Positions 13,201-28,200 of a DNA stretch of 64,000 nucleotides are shown here, one piece after another. The translations under genes and the position numbers were made by a program. The DNA comes from Monocercomonoides exilis PA203 (lineage: Eukaryota > Protista > Preaxostyla), in NCBI GenBank assembly GCA_001643675.2, contig LSRY02000032.1, forward strand, positions 124,001 through 188,000, written 5' to 3'. Every line of letters starts with the position of its first letter. Position 1 is the stretch's first letter. The notes under the pieces were generated by a model, which did not search any database, had not been told where the DNA came from, and saw nothing but the letters and a program-made list of their open reading frames with translations.

Positions 13201-16200
13201 ATTCGAGACAGAAAAGACTTTGGAGAGCAAGAGGAAAAAAGAGAAGGAGATTTTGTGTGAAGCCAATTTTTGCTGAAGGAAACTGATTTTTTGTTTAAAA
13301 CTTCGCGTTTTGGTTGAGACAGCAAAGGAGGCTGATGAAGCAAGCCAGGAATGCACGGATTGGATAGCGAACGAGATGACTTTTTCTGCAGAAGATTGTC
13401 AGACGGTGAACGAGAATGCGAGGAAACTGCCTCTGCTGCTGCTGCTAAAGCTGAAGAAGAAGAAGAAGAACAAGAAGTGGAAGGCGAACGCGACTTGAGA
13501 TGTGTCCGAACGCCTAGTGGAGAAGCCGACTGATGTCTGGAATGTGCAAATTGGTATCTCCGCTGTAGAGAATGGCGGAAGTGCTGTTCGTCTCTCAGTC
13601 TTTCCCTCATCTTCTGATGTTGCAGAATTCTCTGTTTCTCCTCGTGTGAATGCTTTCTGTGCGGGTGCTGGTGCTCTGGTGTTGAGAATGAGTACATTCT
13701 TTCTTCGTTGAAATTTGACAGATCGATTTGCGGATCGGAAAATGACATGCCATACGAATTGTCTCCGGGACTTCGAGCTGTGCTGAGATAGGCTTTGCGT
13801 GAAGAGTGATGATGTGCATTGCTTGTCTGCTCACTTTCTTCACTTTCATCAAAATCTTCTTCCTCCTCTTCTTCATCTTCATCAACTTCTTCCTCATCGT
13901 CTTCATCGTCTTTGTCTTCTTGCTTCCCTTTTGTGTTGTTATAACTATTGTCTTCATTCTGTTCAGCTTCCAGACTTCTTGCTTTTTCATCAACAGGTCC
14001 CAATTTCATCATCTTCTTTCTCTCAAAGAAAGTATCTGCATCTCTCAAAGAATCCCTCATTTTCTGTCTTTCCATTTCTGATGTTTGCTCTTTGTGCACT
14101 TCTAATTCTGATTCTGCTACTCTTTCTGTCTCCAGCGAAACTGAAGATGACATTTCAGGAGGAGATGCAGTAGAATCAACAGAAAGCTCGAACAGAGAAC
14201 AAGGTGTGGGAGGCATGGTGGACGAAGGGAGTGTGAGAGAAGTGGAGGAGATGGAGAAGGATGTTGAATGAGAAGAGCCACATTCAGATGTTGCAGTCGA
14301 GTTTGACAGAACAGAGGAAGAAGTGATGGAGCCATCTGACGCTGAATCACGCCTTTCTGTTTTGGCTGACTTTCTCATCAACCGATTGCTGAACTTTTTT
14401 TTCTTTTCCTTTTGATTGTGTGATTGTGATTCTTTGTCTGAATTTTGCCGATTTGCTTTTGAGCTGAGTTGTTCTTCCTTTGCAAACACTGTTTTTGTGT
14501 TAATTTCTTCAACTTTTGCATTTTTGCTGCCAAACTCCGCATCCATCTTTCGAACAGAGCACAGTTCAGGAGAATTATATGACACAGTTTTGTATTCCAC
14601 GCTCCATCTGCCTCTTCTATGCACTTTTGATCTGAATATCTTCTGAGTAGTATCTTCATCACCTTTCAACGATGAATTGTCAGTGCGATTGAGATTGTTC
14701 AATGACTTGTTTCCTTCCGATACGTGGAATGCTTTGCCAGCAGATGATTTAGAGCAAATGAGAGAATTAGACCATCTGCGCTTGAGACTGTTGTATGCGT
14801 CAATATCCATTTCATCATCATTGGTGAATGAACCAAACACATCATCATCATTGTCATCATTGTCATCATCACCTTCTTCACTGGAAGAATTACAGCCATT
14901 ATCGTTGATAGTAACATCCTTCAACAAAGCACTTTCTGCAGTTGAATTGGACATTGAGCATGCAAATGGAGAATGAGGTGCTGAATGTGAACCCACAACA
15001 CGAAAACGACGTGAACAGTGCGTTTTGCGCTTTCTCCTCATCTTCAGCTGCGAAACAGATGAAAAAAGATGTTGGATGCAACTTGTGCAGATGAGAAATG
15101 AATCATTTCCTGAGAACTGCTTGCTGCTCTTAAATGAAGCGATTTCGCAAGAATTGGTAAGCAAAGGCAAAGAATGGTATGGACAAGAAGGCAATTTTGA
15201 AGTTGAGGTTTGAAATTGCTTTTGAACAGAAGGAGATTCCTGGTAATCAGTTAGCTTTTGCGGAACATCCGGATTTCTGTTAAGAGAAGGTGAATGCGAT
15301 GTCACATCTGTGGAAATGTTATTGGTTGATGATAATGCTAATGCTGATGCTGATGATGCAACAGTTGATGGATACAGAATTGAACCACCTGAAGATGCAT
15401 TCAATGTCAAAGGAACCGAATTATGCCCTCCTTTCATAGGAGAAGTTGGAGGTGTCATTGCCAAGCTGTTGTGTGATTGGAACGAGAAATTGTGGAGGTA
15501 TTGATTGTAGAAGTTGGGCTTTTGCATGGACTGATTTTGGTACAAGCGCAAAGGAGCAGCAGGAGATGCTTGGAACACTGGAGATGACTGAAGCAGCAGA
15601 GACGAGTTTGAAGCAGGAGAGGAAAAGGAAGATGAGCCTGAGTCTGGTGTTGGTAGAGATTCAAGGAGATCATGTGCGAATGTGGCTAATGGAAGAGAAG
15701 GCTGAGAGAGAGAAGCATGCAAACTGGGCCGGGAAATGCTAAGCAGTGATTGTGAAGCAGGCTGTTGAGATTTGCTAAGCAACGAAGGAGATTGTACCGA
15801 GAGTGAGGCGTATGGAACTTGTATCGTTCTGGTTGGGTCAAGCGGAGGTGCCAACGGGTTGTATGCTTCATTGTAAGAGTTTGACAATGAAGAGCGAGAT
15901 TGCATGTTCATATTCTTCAGAGGATAAATACTGTTCCCAAAGTCAGCTGGAGATTTTCCATTGAATGTCCTGGCAGAATCAGCAGAATCAACAGCAGTGG
16001 CAATGCCACATAATGTACAAACAGACAAGAATGATGGGATTGAGCAATTGATAAAGCTGGCATTCATCGTTTTCCCATTCACCGACGCTGGCGATGCTAC
16101 AATACCAGGAAAGATCGAAGGTGAAAAAGAAGAGCCAATCTTTGCTGATGTGACCTCAGATGACGCTACAACAGGCGTTGCATCGACTGAATCAACACCT

Positions 16201-19200
16201 TGTGTGAGTGAGATCGAAGACAGTGTGTCCGAACGAGAGGGCGTAATATCGGATGGCAGAAGTGACTGTCTGTCAGACAGAAGAGGAGTAACAGCAGCAG
16301 ATGATGGATTGTTCCCAGCTGCTAGTGACAGCTGGCTTCCACTCAGATGCTTCGAAAGACTCTGCAGCTGCTGTTGCTTCAGCTTCATTTCTGAGTCCTG
16401 AGGATGAATGCGATTGAGAATCCCCGAGCTTTTCGATGCCCCCTGAATTTCCTGGTTAAATGGCTCCTTTACTGAAAGTGGCGCAGAAGCTGATTGTGTG
16501 GGAGAAAGAGACTGATTGTGAACCAGCGACACATACGTAGTTGGAGAAAGCAGCGACTGTGCTTTGGAACGCTGGAGCTGTGCTGTGTCTCTTCCTGATA
16601 TATCTTGACGCGCCTGATGAAGAGGCGTGTGCGTCAGTGAGGGAGACAGGCTCTGTGTCATCGGTGTGTGCTGCTCTGAAGATGAGCCAGCTGTTTTGAT
16701 TGATGAGGAATACTTGATTGACTGCAGAAATGAGTCAGATGATGGAGATGAGATTGTTGAAAGCTGCTGCTGTTGCTGCGAATTCGTGCTGTACAAGTTG
16801 TTTGCAGAGGAATGCAACGAAAACTGTCCATTTTGCGCTTCAAAATGGGCAGAAAACGGAGTTGTCTGCAAAGATTCTCTTTGTTGTTTGCTCATCTGCT
16901 GCTTTTTTTGCATATTTTCTTTGTATTCTTTGAGAAACTTCTGCTGCTCGTTGTATTTCTCCACCCACTGGTTGTAGATTGCCATCTGTTCTTTGTACAC
17001 TTTCTCAGCAAGCGTCCTCGCATCAACATCATCTTTACTCAGAATAGCACCAAAATCCAATTTATTGCCATCATTTGATAACATATTGTTCTTCTTCTCT
17101 TTCTTCTTTCTCATCTTTCTTTCTTCTTCTTCAACTTTTTCAAACAAGGACTTCAGCTTATCTGGCTGCGGAACCACTGGTAAAGGAGGATGGTACTTCA
17201 GTGTGATGATCATTGCCATGGGCATGTTGTTGAACAAGTCCAGAAACTGCAGATAAAGCGGATGTGGCAGCTTCGGCTTCGACCTGCTGTCCTGCCCCAG
17301 TTTCCCCATCCCGTCTTCCTTCCTGTAGCCAAAGCACTCCTTCTCATCCACTTTGATCTTCGAGTGCAGCTCGTCGTTGAATCCCCAGTCGAACGAGCGG
17401 AAGGACTCGTGATTTCCTCTCAATAGAAACACTTTGTTTGGAAGCGCCAGGCGATACAGCAGCAACAGCAAGATAACCTCGAGTGAGTTTTTCCCTCTGT
17501 CCACGTAGTCGCCCAGAAACACCACAGCAGACCGTCCTGCAGGCGCCTTTATGACAGCATCCATCACACTCAGTGCGGAACGCAGGGAGTTCAAAGAGCC
17601 ATGAATGTCACCCACAACAAGCAGGCCATTGATGTTCTCTTCTTCTGTTGTTGTACCTGGGTCAGGCGCGGTTGAGGCGCTGTACGCAATTTCTGAGTTG
17701 TGGCTGCTGATAGCAGATTTTGCTGAAGAAGAGAGCGGAGGAATAGCAGAGGTGTCTTTGAATTTGAAAGAAGATGGCTTTGATTGATTGCCATTGGAAC
17801 TGTTAGATTCATCGCTTTCAAAGAGATCTTCTTCATCCCATTCTTCAACATAGTCTTCTTCGTCCTCGTCTTCTTCTCCTTCTTCCAAAATGTCAATCAA
17901 TTTGCCTGCTTCATTCTCTCTATTATCATCCTCCATTCTTCCTTTGCTCTGTTTTGCCTTCTCTTTCTCAATTCTTTTCTCCTCCCTCAACCTCCTCCTC
18001 TTCCTCCTCTTCTTCATCGTCTCTGCATTGATATACGTCACCCCTTTCCCCTTTCTATACCCAGGCCCAAAATGAACATCCAGCTTCACCAGCATCGACG
18101 TCCCGTGCTTCGAATAGTGCTGTTTGGCAAGCGACAGAATAGACACAATCATATCCGACGAGAAATGGAGTGCAAGCTGCATCGTGATAGGGTCATACCG
18201 GCAGAAGATGACCCTCCGCACATTCTCCACAAACGACAGCGTGATCCCTTCCTCACTCACCGGAAAGCCCAAACGAGGCGGCGGGTAAGGCTGCCGCAGA
18301 ATGTGCATTTCAGTTGGCGAGCGGTGCCATCCGAACCGGAAAGCAGCTTGGCGTGGATCAAACAGAGTTGAGGGGAAAAGAACAGCAGCTGAATGAGAAG
18401 AACAGCGGAAGGTTGTGCGGCTGATGCGTTTGAGTGCGCGGGAGGGGGCGATGGTGAATTGGGAAGAGGAGCCTTCTCGGAGAGGGTGGGAGTGGTGGTG
18501 GGTGCAGCAGCAGAGCGGGCAGCAGATGGAGGTGTGGGTGATGGCATCAAGAGATGATGATGAGGAGGAGGAGGAAGTAACAGGAAGATTTGATGATGAG
18601 CCTAATGCAAAGATACTTGAAGAAGAAGAAGGAGGTTGCGTTACATGTCCAGTCGCTGGTGAGTACAGAACAGCACCTCCATTCCTCATCTGTGTGGTTT
18701 GGCTCATTCGATGCTGATTAACCAATGCATTTGGACCAGCCCGTGAGATTGAAGGAGTCAGTACAGCTGAAGAGAGCATCGCAGCAGTCACAGTGGCTGT
18801 CTCAGAAGGAGCGGAAAGGGCAGAAGTGTTGGAAGGAGGAGGAGGGTGGAAGGGGCTTTTCTGCAGAGCGGCGGTGGGAGAAGAAGCAAAAGCAGAGAAG
18901 GAATGGCTGGAGATGGAGGAATTCACTGGGGAGAATGGGAAAGCGTTGAGGTTTGTATTTGAAGAAGAAGGAGAGGAGGAGGAGGAGGAAGAAGAGGAAG
19001 AAGATAAAGGAGCAGGGCCAGCTGATGTGAGGGTGGAAAAAGTGAGTGATGATGCTGACATGCGAGGTGATTGTGCTCCGTATTTTCTTGAATTCAACCG
19101 ACAAGATGAAGAAGAAGAAGAGGAAGTGGATGATGAACCAGCAGCAGAAGATGAAGAAGAAGAAGAAGGTTTTGGTGTCATCTGTGAAGGCGAAGCAATC

Positions 19201-22200
19201 TGATTCGCACTCATAAATATCTTCTCATCCTGCTCTCTTTCTCTGATTCTTGCTTTGTGCTTTGCTTCTGCAAACTTGAACCTTCTTGTTTCCTTCGCAC
19301 ACGCCCTGCTTATCTTCGCCAGCTTGTCTTTCTTCCCTTTCAGCCGAAGCGCCCTCTTCTTCGTCTCAAACAGTGCCAGCCGCCTTTTCATCCGCTCAGT
19401 CAGTGTGGTTGAATAAAACGTGTGCAATTTCTTGCCGGCAGCATCTTCTCCTGTCCCATCGCCATCCACTCCATTTCCTCCTCCTCCGCCTCCTCCATTG
19501 CCCCCTCCTCCTCCCTTCGCATATCTGTTCTTACTCTTCGTCTTTCTCTCTCTCGCTCTTCTCCCCTTTTCTCCTTTCTCCGCCACAGTTTCTCCGACGT
19601 CTCTTGTGAGTGCGTTCTGCAGAATGTCCTGCGGCGGGCGGTGTGTGACTGGCAAATAGCGATGGTGGAAAGGATGGTAGATGACTTGGTAGCTCATCCG
19701 CCACGACTCAAAGAAGCCGACAATGCGGCAGGTGTGGTTGCAAGGAACAAGAGGCGCATGGGAAGTGACAAATGGCTGGAACATACGGGGTGGGAGCTCG
19801 CCATCAGAGGGGCTGATGGGGAAGAGAGGGGAAGAGGAAGAAGAAGGAGAAGGAGAAGGAGAAGAAGAATAAGATGAGGAAGAAGAAAAAGAGGATGAAG
19901 AAGATAGCATTGTAGAAGACTGCATAGAGAACTGGTTGAATGAATGATGCAAACAGGTGGGCATTGAAAAGGGATCAGGAAACAAAAAGCTCTGTCCAAT
20001 TGGAGTTGGCAAAGAATCGCTCAAGTAATATTGCTCTGATGGTGACTGGACAGCCAATGGATCAGATTGAGACATTGAAGAAGAAGGGAGATTAGGAGAG
20101 GAAGGAAAAGCTGAAGAAGAAGAAGAAGAAGAAGGAATATGAGAAGAGAAAGGTGATGATGATTGCATAGAAAGCTGAAGTTGTGGATCAGATGTGTTTT
20201 GAGTGTTGTGTGGAACAAGCTGATAATTTGGAAGAGGAGGCGGAGGACGAGGCGCAACTTGTCCTCGCTTGCTGACAGGAGAAGGAAATGATTGAGAAGA
20301 AGAAGAAGAAGAAGAAGAAGAAGATATGGCAGGAGAAGAAGATGATGAATATGTTGAAGTGGAAGAAGATGAAGTGGAAGAAAACGATGAAGACGATGAA
20401 GTGAAAGCAGAAGAAGCGTGTTGTGAAAATGAAGAGAAAGAAGAAGAAGAAGAAGATGATAAAGTAGGTGGTGTGGGTGAAGGATGTCTTGAAGTGAAGA
20501 GGGAAGAGAATTGAGGAAGCTGAGGGGAAGACTCATTGAATGCAGGCGTGGCATGATGGACAACTGGAGTGAGCATAAACGACGAAGGACAAGAATTCGA
20601 ATTGAACGAAGAAGAAGAAGAAAGAGAAGAAGGAGACGGAAAAGAAGGAGAAGGAGAAGGAGAAGACAATGAAGAATAACCCTGCCTCATCCCCATCTGC
20701 ACTTGATCCCACGCCATCCAATTTTTTCTTCCTCCTCCTCCGTTCCTGACTGCCTCAAACACCCAGCTGCTTCTTGTCAAGTCAACCGCGGGCATCTGGT
20801 GCGAGGAGGCAATTCTGAGTGGCAGGCGCATGGACGCTCTTTCTCTCAGCTGCGAGGCAAACTCCAACGCTGCAAAGGAGTCCATCACTTCCTCTGCGTG
20901 TTCAATGGCCAGGCCGATGCGGTTGCGCTGCTGAGACAGAAACAGACGCTGTGCACGACGCTGGATGAAAGTGGAGCGCTTGGAGGAGGAGGAGGGATGA
21001 GAGGAAGAGGAAGAGGAAGAGGAAGAGGAAGAGGAAGAGGAAGAAGCCTTTTGCGTCATCGAGGGAACAGACATAAGAGAAGAGGCAGTGTCTGCAGGTG
21101 TGAGAGGGGTAACAGCAGAAACAGCAGAAGTAGCAGCAGACAAGCCATATTTGAGTGAAGTTGTGGGCGTCAGTGAAGAAGAGGCAGACATCAACGAAGG
21201 TGTCTTTTGAGTAAGCGAATTCACCTCAAATTCACTCAATTGCTGCGAAGAAGGCACACAAACTGTGTCAGAAGGCGTAATTTCTGGTTTGTTTTCGCAG
21301 ATTTCGCTGTTTTTCAGGCTTTGCAGCTTATCTTCTTGCAGAATCTTGTGCTTCTGCTGTGCTTCTTCCAAAGCCTGCTGCAGCTTCTCCTTTTTCATCT
21401 TATCTTTCTCTTTCCTTCTTCCCATACATTCTCTTCTTTCCCTCTTCGCCTCCATCTCTTTCTTCTTCTCCACATCGTGCATCCAGCTAACATCTTCCTC
21501 ATCCAGCACACGATTGCACCACGACCCTTCGCTCTCTTCCTCTTCCTCAGCAGCCGTATACCATCTGTCTCCTGGAAGCGCTTTATTGCTCTTAACAGCT
21601 GATCGGTCTGTCAGAAACAAAGGCTTTTTTTTCTCCTTCTTTTCTCGCTTCTTCCCTTTGGCAGGAAGAATGCTGCGTGTGCTTTGAGGAGTGAGTGTGA
21701 GTGTGGATGACAGGACTTCTGGAAGTACATTTGAAGAGGAAGAAGAAGAAGAAGAAGAAGAAGAAGAAGATGATGATGATGATGAAGATGAACTTGCATT
21801 TGACACATTTCCCAATGGTTGAGCAGAAGCAGAAGATGCTGAAGCAGAAGCAGCAGAAATAATCTGAGGAGTCGGGGAAGTTGCCTTTGGCGTCTGTGAA
21901 AGCGGCTCAGTTTCGGTCATTTGTGTGCTTTCTCGAATGATCGTGTTCTCTTCCACATCCATCTGGTTATTCAGTACAATTGGAGCATTCATGTTGGAAT
22001 CGTCTTTGTCTTCATTCATTGAATTTGAGGATAAATTCATGTTTTGATTGTTTTGTTTACTTCCCCCTTGTTCATTTACTGTCATCTTCACATCAGCTGC
22101 AGTTCCATTCAAGTAATTATTTGCTTTGTTCTGTGAATCTTTTTCGTTTTCTTCCTCGTTCATTTCTTCTTCTCCTTCATCTTCATCTTCGTCTGCACTC

Positions 22201-25200
22201 ACCACAACAAACAGATCATCCCCCGCACACCTTCCAGATGTGCTCTTCATTGGACGATTATTTACCATGCCATTGGTGAAAGGCTGTGGAATATGAATAT
22301 TGTCATCAGCATTCTGAATGGAAAGCAATGGATTGTCAATAACATGGCTATCAACACTTGGAGTCGCTATAACTCGGCTCTGCATATCTTCTGTTCTGCC
22401 TTGCTCTGCTGATTTTATCCCAATCACGCCACTTTCAATGACATTTCCACATCCATCAACCTCTTTCAGCATATTCCCATTGTCCACATATATCGAATTC
22501 CCAATCTCCATCTCTTCAAACAGCACCCCTTCATCGCATTCTTCATCGTCCTCTGCGTTTTCCTCGCTCGACGACGAAAATTCGTCCAGAAAGAAGCCAC
22601 TTTTGGAGAGCGAATCCTTCACACGCAGCCAAACATACTCAGCTGCATCTTCATCACGGCATTCGTCTTCAAACGCATCCTGCTCTTCGTCCCATTCCTT
22701 CAGAACATCACTTCTTCTCCTTCTCCTTCTCTGTTTTCTTCTTCTCATTGTTGCTGTCATTTTCATTTGATTTCTATTTCCTGTCGCTGTTGCTGTTCCT
22801 GCTATTCCTGCTTCTGTTATTCCTCTTCTAGTTTTTCTTGTTCCTTGTAATGTTTGACTTTCATTTAGTTTTTTGTGTGTTTTCATTGAAGAGCCATTTG
22901 CCTGCTGTTGTCTATCAAGAAGAGGCAGCTGAGAAAGACTGTGATAAGATTGGGCAGAGGGGCTTTGGAGAGATGGGGTGGAAGGAGGAGTAAGCATACT
23001 GACAGAAGAAGGCGAGGTTTTGGAAGAAGAAGAAGAAGAGGAGGAGGAGGAAGAAGATGAAGGATGTAATCCAACAGATTGAGTGGAAAACGAGCTTCCT
23101 TCTTTCACTGCATTCACATCTGCTCTACCAATTGGTGAATCAAACTCATTCGAAGGCAACAAAGAAGAGTCCGAATTCGCAATTTGTCGCTGTTTCGATG
23201 AGTCAGAAACAGAAGCAGAAGAAGAAACAGAGCCGATTTCCTGTTTCAGCTGCATTTCCTGTGACTTCACCATCACCTGAGCAGATGTTGGAATCTGCTG
23301 TGTCACTTGAACTGTCTGTATTGTCTGTATTCCTTGTGAACTTTGTGAACTTTGTGCATTTTGTGTATTTTGTGCCATTTGTGCTGTTTGACTATGTGGA
23401 AGAGGATGCGTTTGAGAGCGTAAGCGGTGTTGTGGAGTGAATACAGTTTGATTACTTTGCTTAATTGCCTGTTTTGTGGGACTTTCTGGTTCTTGTGGCA
23501 ATGTTTGTGTGGAAGAAACAAAAGAACCACCACCACCACCAGCAGCAGCAGCAGCAGAAGAAGAAGAAGAGGCAGCTGAAAGCGAAGCACTGTAGATCGA
23601 GTCAGCAGAAGATGAAACAGAATAAACTTCTGTTTTTGAAGGGAGAAGAGGAGTGGAATATTTCCCTGTTGAAACTGTCATTGATCGGTGCAGTTTGGTT
23701 AGTGTTGGTGAAGGTTGTGGAGATAACTCTGAAGAATGTCTTGAGAGCGTATTTGTGTGTGTTAAAGACGATGATGAAGGCGAAGAAGAGGAAGAAGAAG
23801 ATGAAGCAGAAGGAGAAGAGGAAGAAGAGGAAGAAAAAGAAGGCGAAAACGAAGAAGAGCCAGATGGGATCAGATCTTTCCACAGAATGTGTGCTGAGGC
23901 TGGCGTTGGTGCTACAGATCGTGATGCAACATCGTCATTGTAGTCTTCTCCATATCCATTGTTGTTCTGCTCATCCACCTCTTCTCCTCCTCTTTCTCTT
24001 TCTCTTCTGCCACAAGCAGATGCAGCAGCGGAAGCAGAAGCAGAATGACAAGCACAATTAGAAGAAGCCAAATTACACATCTCTTCCATTGCCTCTTCCT
24101 CATCGTCTTCAATTCCTGATGACGTCGACAGCTCATCTTCAATCTTCTCATCAAATAAGTTGCAGTCCAACAAAAGCGGCCTTGGCTCAAACACAGGCGA
24201 ATGTGACGTTCCCCTTTGTCTTCTGATAAATTCTCTTTTGTTTCTCCTTTCCCACTTCCGTTTTTTGCTTTCAAACAGACGCTGTTCATACTGAAGCCTG
24301 ATTGCTTCTTCGTCTTGTTCTTGTTCATTCTCTTGTTCATGCTCTTGTTCTTGTTCTTGTGCAAGTCTCATTTCTCGCTCCATTTCTTCGATTTCTTCTT
24401 CTGTCATTCCTGTTGAATCAATGCCTGATGAAAGGAAAATGCCTCCATTTGCACCAGGAACCTGATGAATTGAATGTGATGTTGATACAGAATTCACTCG
24501 AGATGCAAAGGAAGGAGCAGGAGAAGGAGAGGAAGAAGAAGGCGATGGGGAAGGAGAAGGAGAAGGAGCAGGAGAAGGAGAAGACGTCAGAACAGGGGAA
24601 GGGGATTTAGAGTCAAATGAATTGAGAGGGGCAGGGGAAGAAGGAGAGGCACGATGAGCATATGAATGAGAATGCGTATGTGAATGTGTATGTGAGTGTG
24701 TGTGTGATTGTGTATTTGAATGAGAATTGGCATTAGAATGTGAATAATGACACTGATAACCTCGGCGCTGTGGCGAAGATAGCATTCCGTTTTTGGCTCT
24801 TCCATTGACAGAAGGTGTGGAGGATCTGAAGGAAGAAGCAGAAGAAGACATCGAATTACGGCCTGCCCATTTCGACGGGATCACAATTGGTTTTAGCACC
24901 CCTCCTCCTGTTGCTGAGCCAGCAAGTCCCAGTGAAGTTTCTCCGATGTACCGTCGCCAGCACAAGTAGAGCGCGGTCTGCGGAAGCGACGCAATTTTCT
25001 TGCGTATGATGCGCTGTTTAATTCTCCGGCTGCGCTTCTTCTCTTTCAGAACAGCCGTCCGCTTCCACTGCCGCCGCTGCCTTCGGATGATGCTGTCGAT
25101 CATGTCAGAGACGAGAGCAGTTGGGGAAGGATGGCGGGATGATGAAGAAGGAGAAGGAGAGGAAGGAGAAGATGAAGGGCAAGGTGATAAAGCAGATTGG

Positions 25201-28200
25201 ACTGAAGAAGCGGGGCTTTGAGGAGATGAAAGGAAAGAAGAAGACTGAGAGGGAGACAAATGTGGTGTGGAAGCATTGCGCTGCCGAGCAAATTCAGCTT
25301 CAGATTGACTCAAAAATCTGTTTGACTCACTTCCCAATGAAGATCCATCAAAGTGTCTTTGAGGTGTTGTGCTCAATGCAGACGCAGCAGAAATAGCAGA
25401 CGCAGCGGCAGCCACTGCTGAAGAAGAAGAGCCAGAATTAGCCAGAAATGCCTGGTTTTGCTGACTCCCCACATAAGTTGCTACACCCAGCACGCCTTCC
25501 CGCTGCCTGCCCCGCTCGCTCAGGAAGCGCTGGGTGGACGGAGAAATACTCTCGTTCTCGGAGAAATAGCCGCGGCGCAGTGGAAGCTTGCCTCCGGAGG
25601 CGCTGACGCTGCGAGAGCGAATGAGAAGGGCGGGTGAGGTGGAGCCAGAGGTTGAAATGGAAGATGGCACGTTAAAAGAGAACGAAGGAGAAGATGATGA
25701 TGAGGAAGAGGAAGAGGAAGAAGAAGTTGAAGTGAAAGAAGGAAGTGTGGTGTCATTTGTCTGAGGAAGTGATGTGTGTTGTGGGGATTTGAAAGCAGGC
25801 GAAAAAGCGTTGCTTCTCTTTGAAAGAGAGGGAGATAGGGACATTGAATGAGCAGACTGATTACGAAGATACGAAGGCGACTTCAGAAGAGAAGATGTGC
25901 GAGATTTAGATTGAGTGGGCTGGGTGACTTGCTTGCCGGTTGGGGGGAGTTGAAGCTGGGAGTGTGTGTGGTTGGTGGTGCTCTGCTGGTCAGAAGATGA
26001 TGATCCAGTTGGAGAGTTAGAACCTGTTCCTATTCCTGTTCCATTCCCCATTCCATTTGCTGTTCCATTTGTTGTTCCACTGCCTATTGGTCGCTGCAGC
26101 ACAGGAGTCATCGTGCGTGAACGAGAAGGTGTGGGTGATGAAGGCAGCGCTTTCGTTTTGCTCCTCTGAAAATATTCTGTCCGGATGTCGCGAGAAAGGG
26201 GAGAACCTGGTGTCTTCTGTGAAAAAGAGGCGATGGATGAAGAAATGGACAGGCCAGAAGGTGTTGATGCAATAGTCATGCGTCGAGAGCGCATATAAGG
26301 TGAGGGAGAAGAAGAAGAAGAAGAAGAAGAAGAATTTTGTTTGGAGTTAAGCGGCATAATTGCATTCTTGGTATCCTTTTGCTCTCCTATTTCATTTTCT
26401 CCTCCGTTTGTGCTAGTTTTCCCCCTCTGGCTGTTGTTAGACGTTCTCGATGAGTTTGTGCTTCTTCTGCTTGCATCAGAAGCTGCATTGTTCGCACTTT
26501 GCATGCCTTTCCTCTTCATCCTCCGTCTGTTTGCTTCATCGTCATAATATTCTTCCTCTTCCTCTTCTTCTTCTTCTGTTGCTGCCACGTTCTTCACCCT
26601 CAGCCTTCCTCTTTCCTCTTCTCTTCTCCTGACCGCCAGCACAATCCTCGCCAGCCTCTCTTCTCTCGCCACTTTCTTCACCATTCTCTTGATCGCCCTC
26701 CCAAACTCCCCTCTATGTGCTGCTGAGGTGTGGATCGAAAACTGCGGAATGATTCGATTGTTCACTGCCTGAAGAAGCAGACGAGCGAATCTCAGTTGTT
26801 CTATGGGAGTTAAACCAGACGATGATGCAACTGGGTTGTTGCTGCTGGACTGCTCAGAATTGGCGGGTTGAATTCGATTTTTGCCTGTTTTGCTGTTTTG
26901 CTGCTGCAATTGTTGTGATTGTGATTGTGTTTGTGATAGTTCTTTATATGCCTGCTGTTTGTTCTGTGAAGTTGTCATTGAATTAGAATTAGAATTAGGA
27001 TTAGGATTAGCAGCAGCAGCAACAGCAGAGGGAAGTGCATCTGGCAACACAGGCGGTGCCCATATCTCTTCCAGAAGGATGGTGCTGGGATCTCTGTCCT
27101 CTATGCCATCGTCATTATCATTGCCATCATTGACATCATTATCATTATCAGATAATAATTCTGATGGGGAAGATGATTTACTTAGCTCATCAGCATTGGC
27201 TTCTTGTTTCACTTTGCTCTTTTGTGAATATTCGCGTTCTGTTTTGTCGGTTTTGTAGGTCTTGGGTTTTTTGCTTCTGATTCGAACTGTCTTTTGTAGT
27301 TTCTTTTCACTTTTTTTTTCTTCGTCTTCTTCCTCATCTTCTTCTTCCTCCTCTTCCTCTTCATCATCATCATCCTCCTCCTCCTCCTCTTCTTCCTCTT
27401 CCTCTTCCTCTTCCTCCTCATCTTCATCATCAACTTTTGCTTTGCCCTCTTTCTTTTTGTTCAAAGCATCTTTCACTCCTTTTCCTGCTTCAACCTTTCC
27501 TTCTTCTGCCTTCTCATCTTCACTCATTTCTTCTTCTTCCTCCTCCTCCTCATCGTCCTCTTCTTTGCTTTCTCTTTGTTTTTTACCTATTTTTTGTTGA
27601 GAACCTTGATTTTTCAGCATTTCTTGTCTTTTTAATGAATTTTGATTGTCAATTTTCTGTTTTATTGTTTGTGATTTTTGAGAAGTTTCCTTCATTTTCC
27701 CTCCATTTGAACTTCCCTTTTGATTTTCTGCTTTTCTTTTATCTGAACTTGACGAATCCTTCAAAGCAGAATTTTCTTTTTCCTTTTCTTTCTCCTTCTC
27801 CTTCTCTTTCGCCTTCAACCTCTCCTTCTCTTTCTCTTTCTCCCTCAGCACAATCGCATGCTTCCTCATTCTATTTCTCTCTCTCCTCTCCTTCCCTTCC
27901 TTCGCCACAATCTTCTGCTCGTCCGTCATCTGGTCATTTCCCGGCTGATACGCCTTCTCACAGGGCATCTCCGTGTGATTCGGAATGACGCACACCAGCT
28001 TCCCTTCTTCATCATAGCCAGCAATTCTTCCATTGATATCATCCAGCTCTGCAGGACCCGGAGGAGTCTTTGAGGAAGGCCTGGTGAAAACAGCCATGTT
28101 GCGTAATACAGTGACAAATGGCATGTCTGATGGGAATATGCACTGGCCGATGATTCTTCGCCCTTGCGTAATGATGGCGACGAGGGTGGAGGTTGGGTGA

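Noticed and set aside
12235-17205. Intein as the explanation for the phosphatase insertion
   Set aside because: No C/S start with an HN-C/S/T end, no homing endonuclease motif, and the composition is disordered low complexity.
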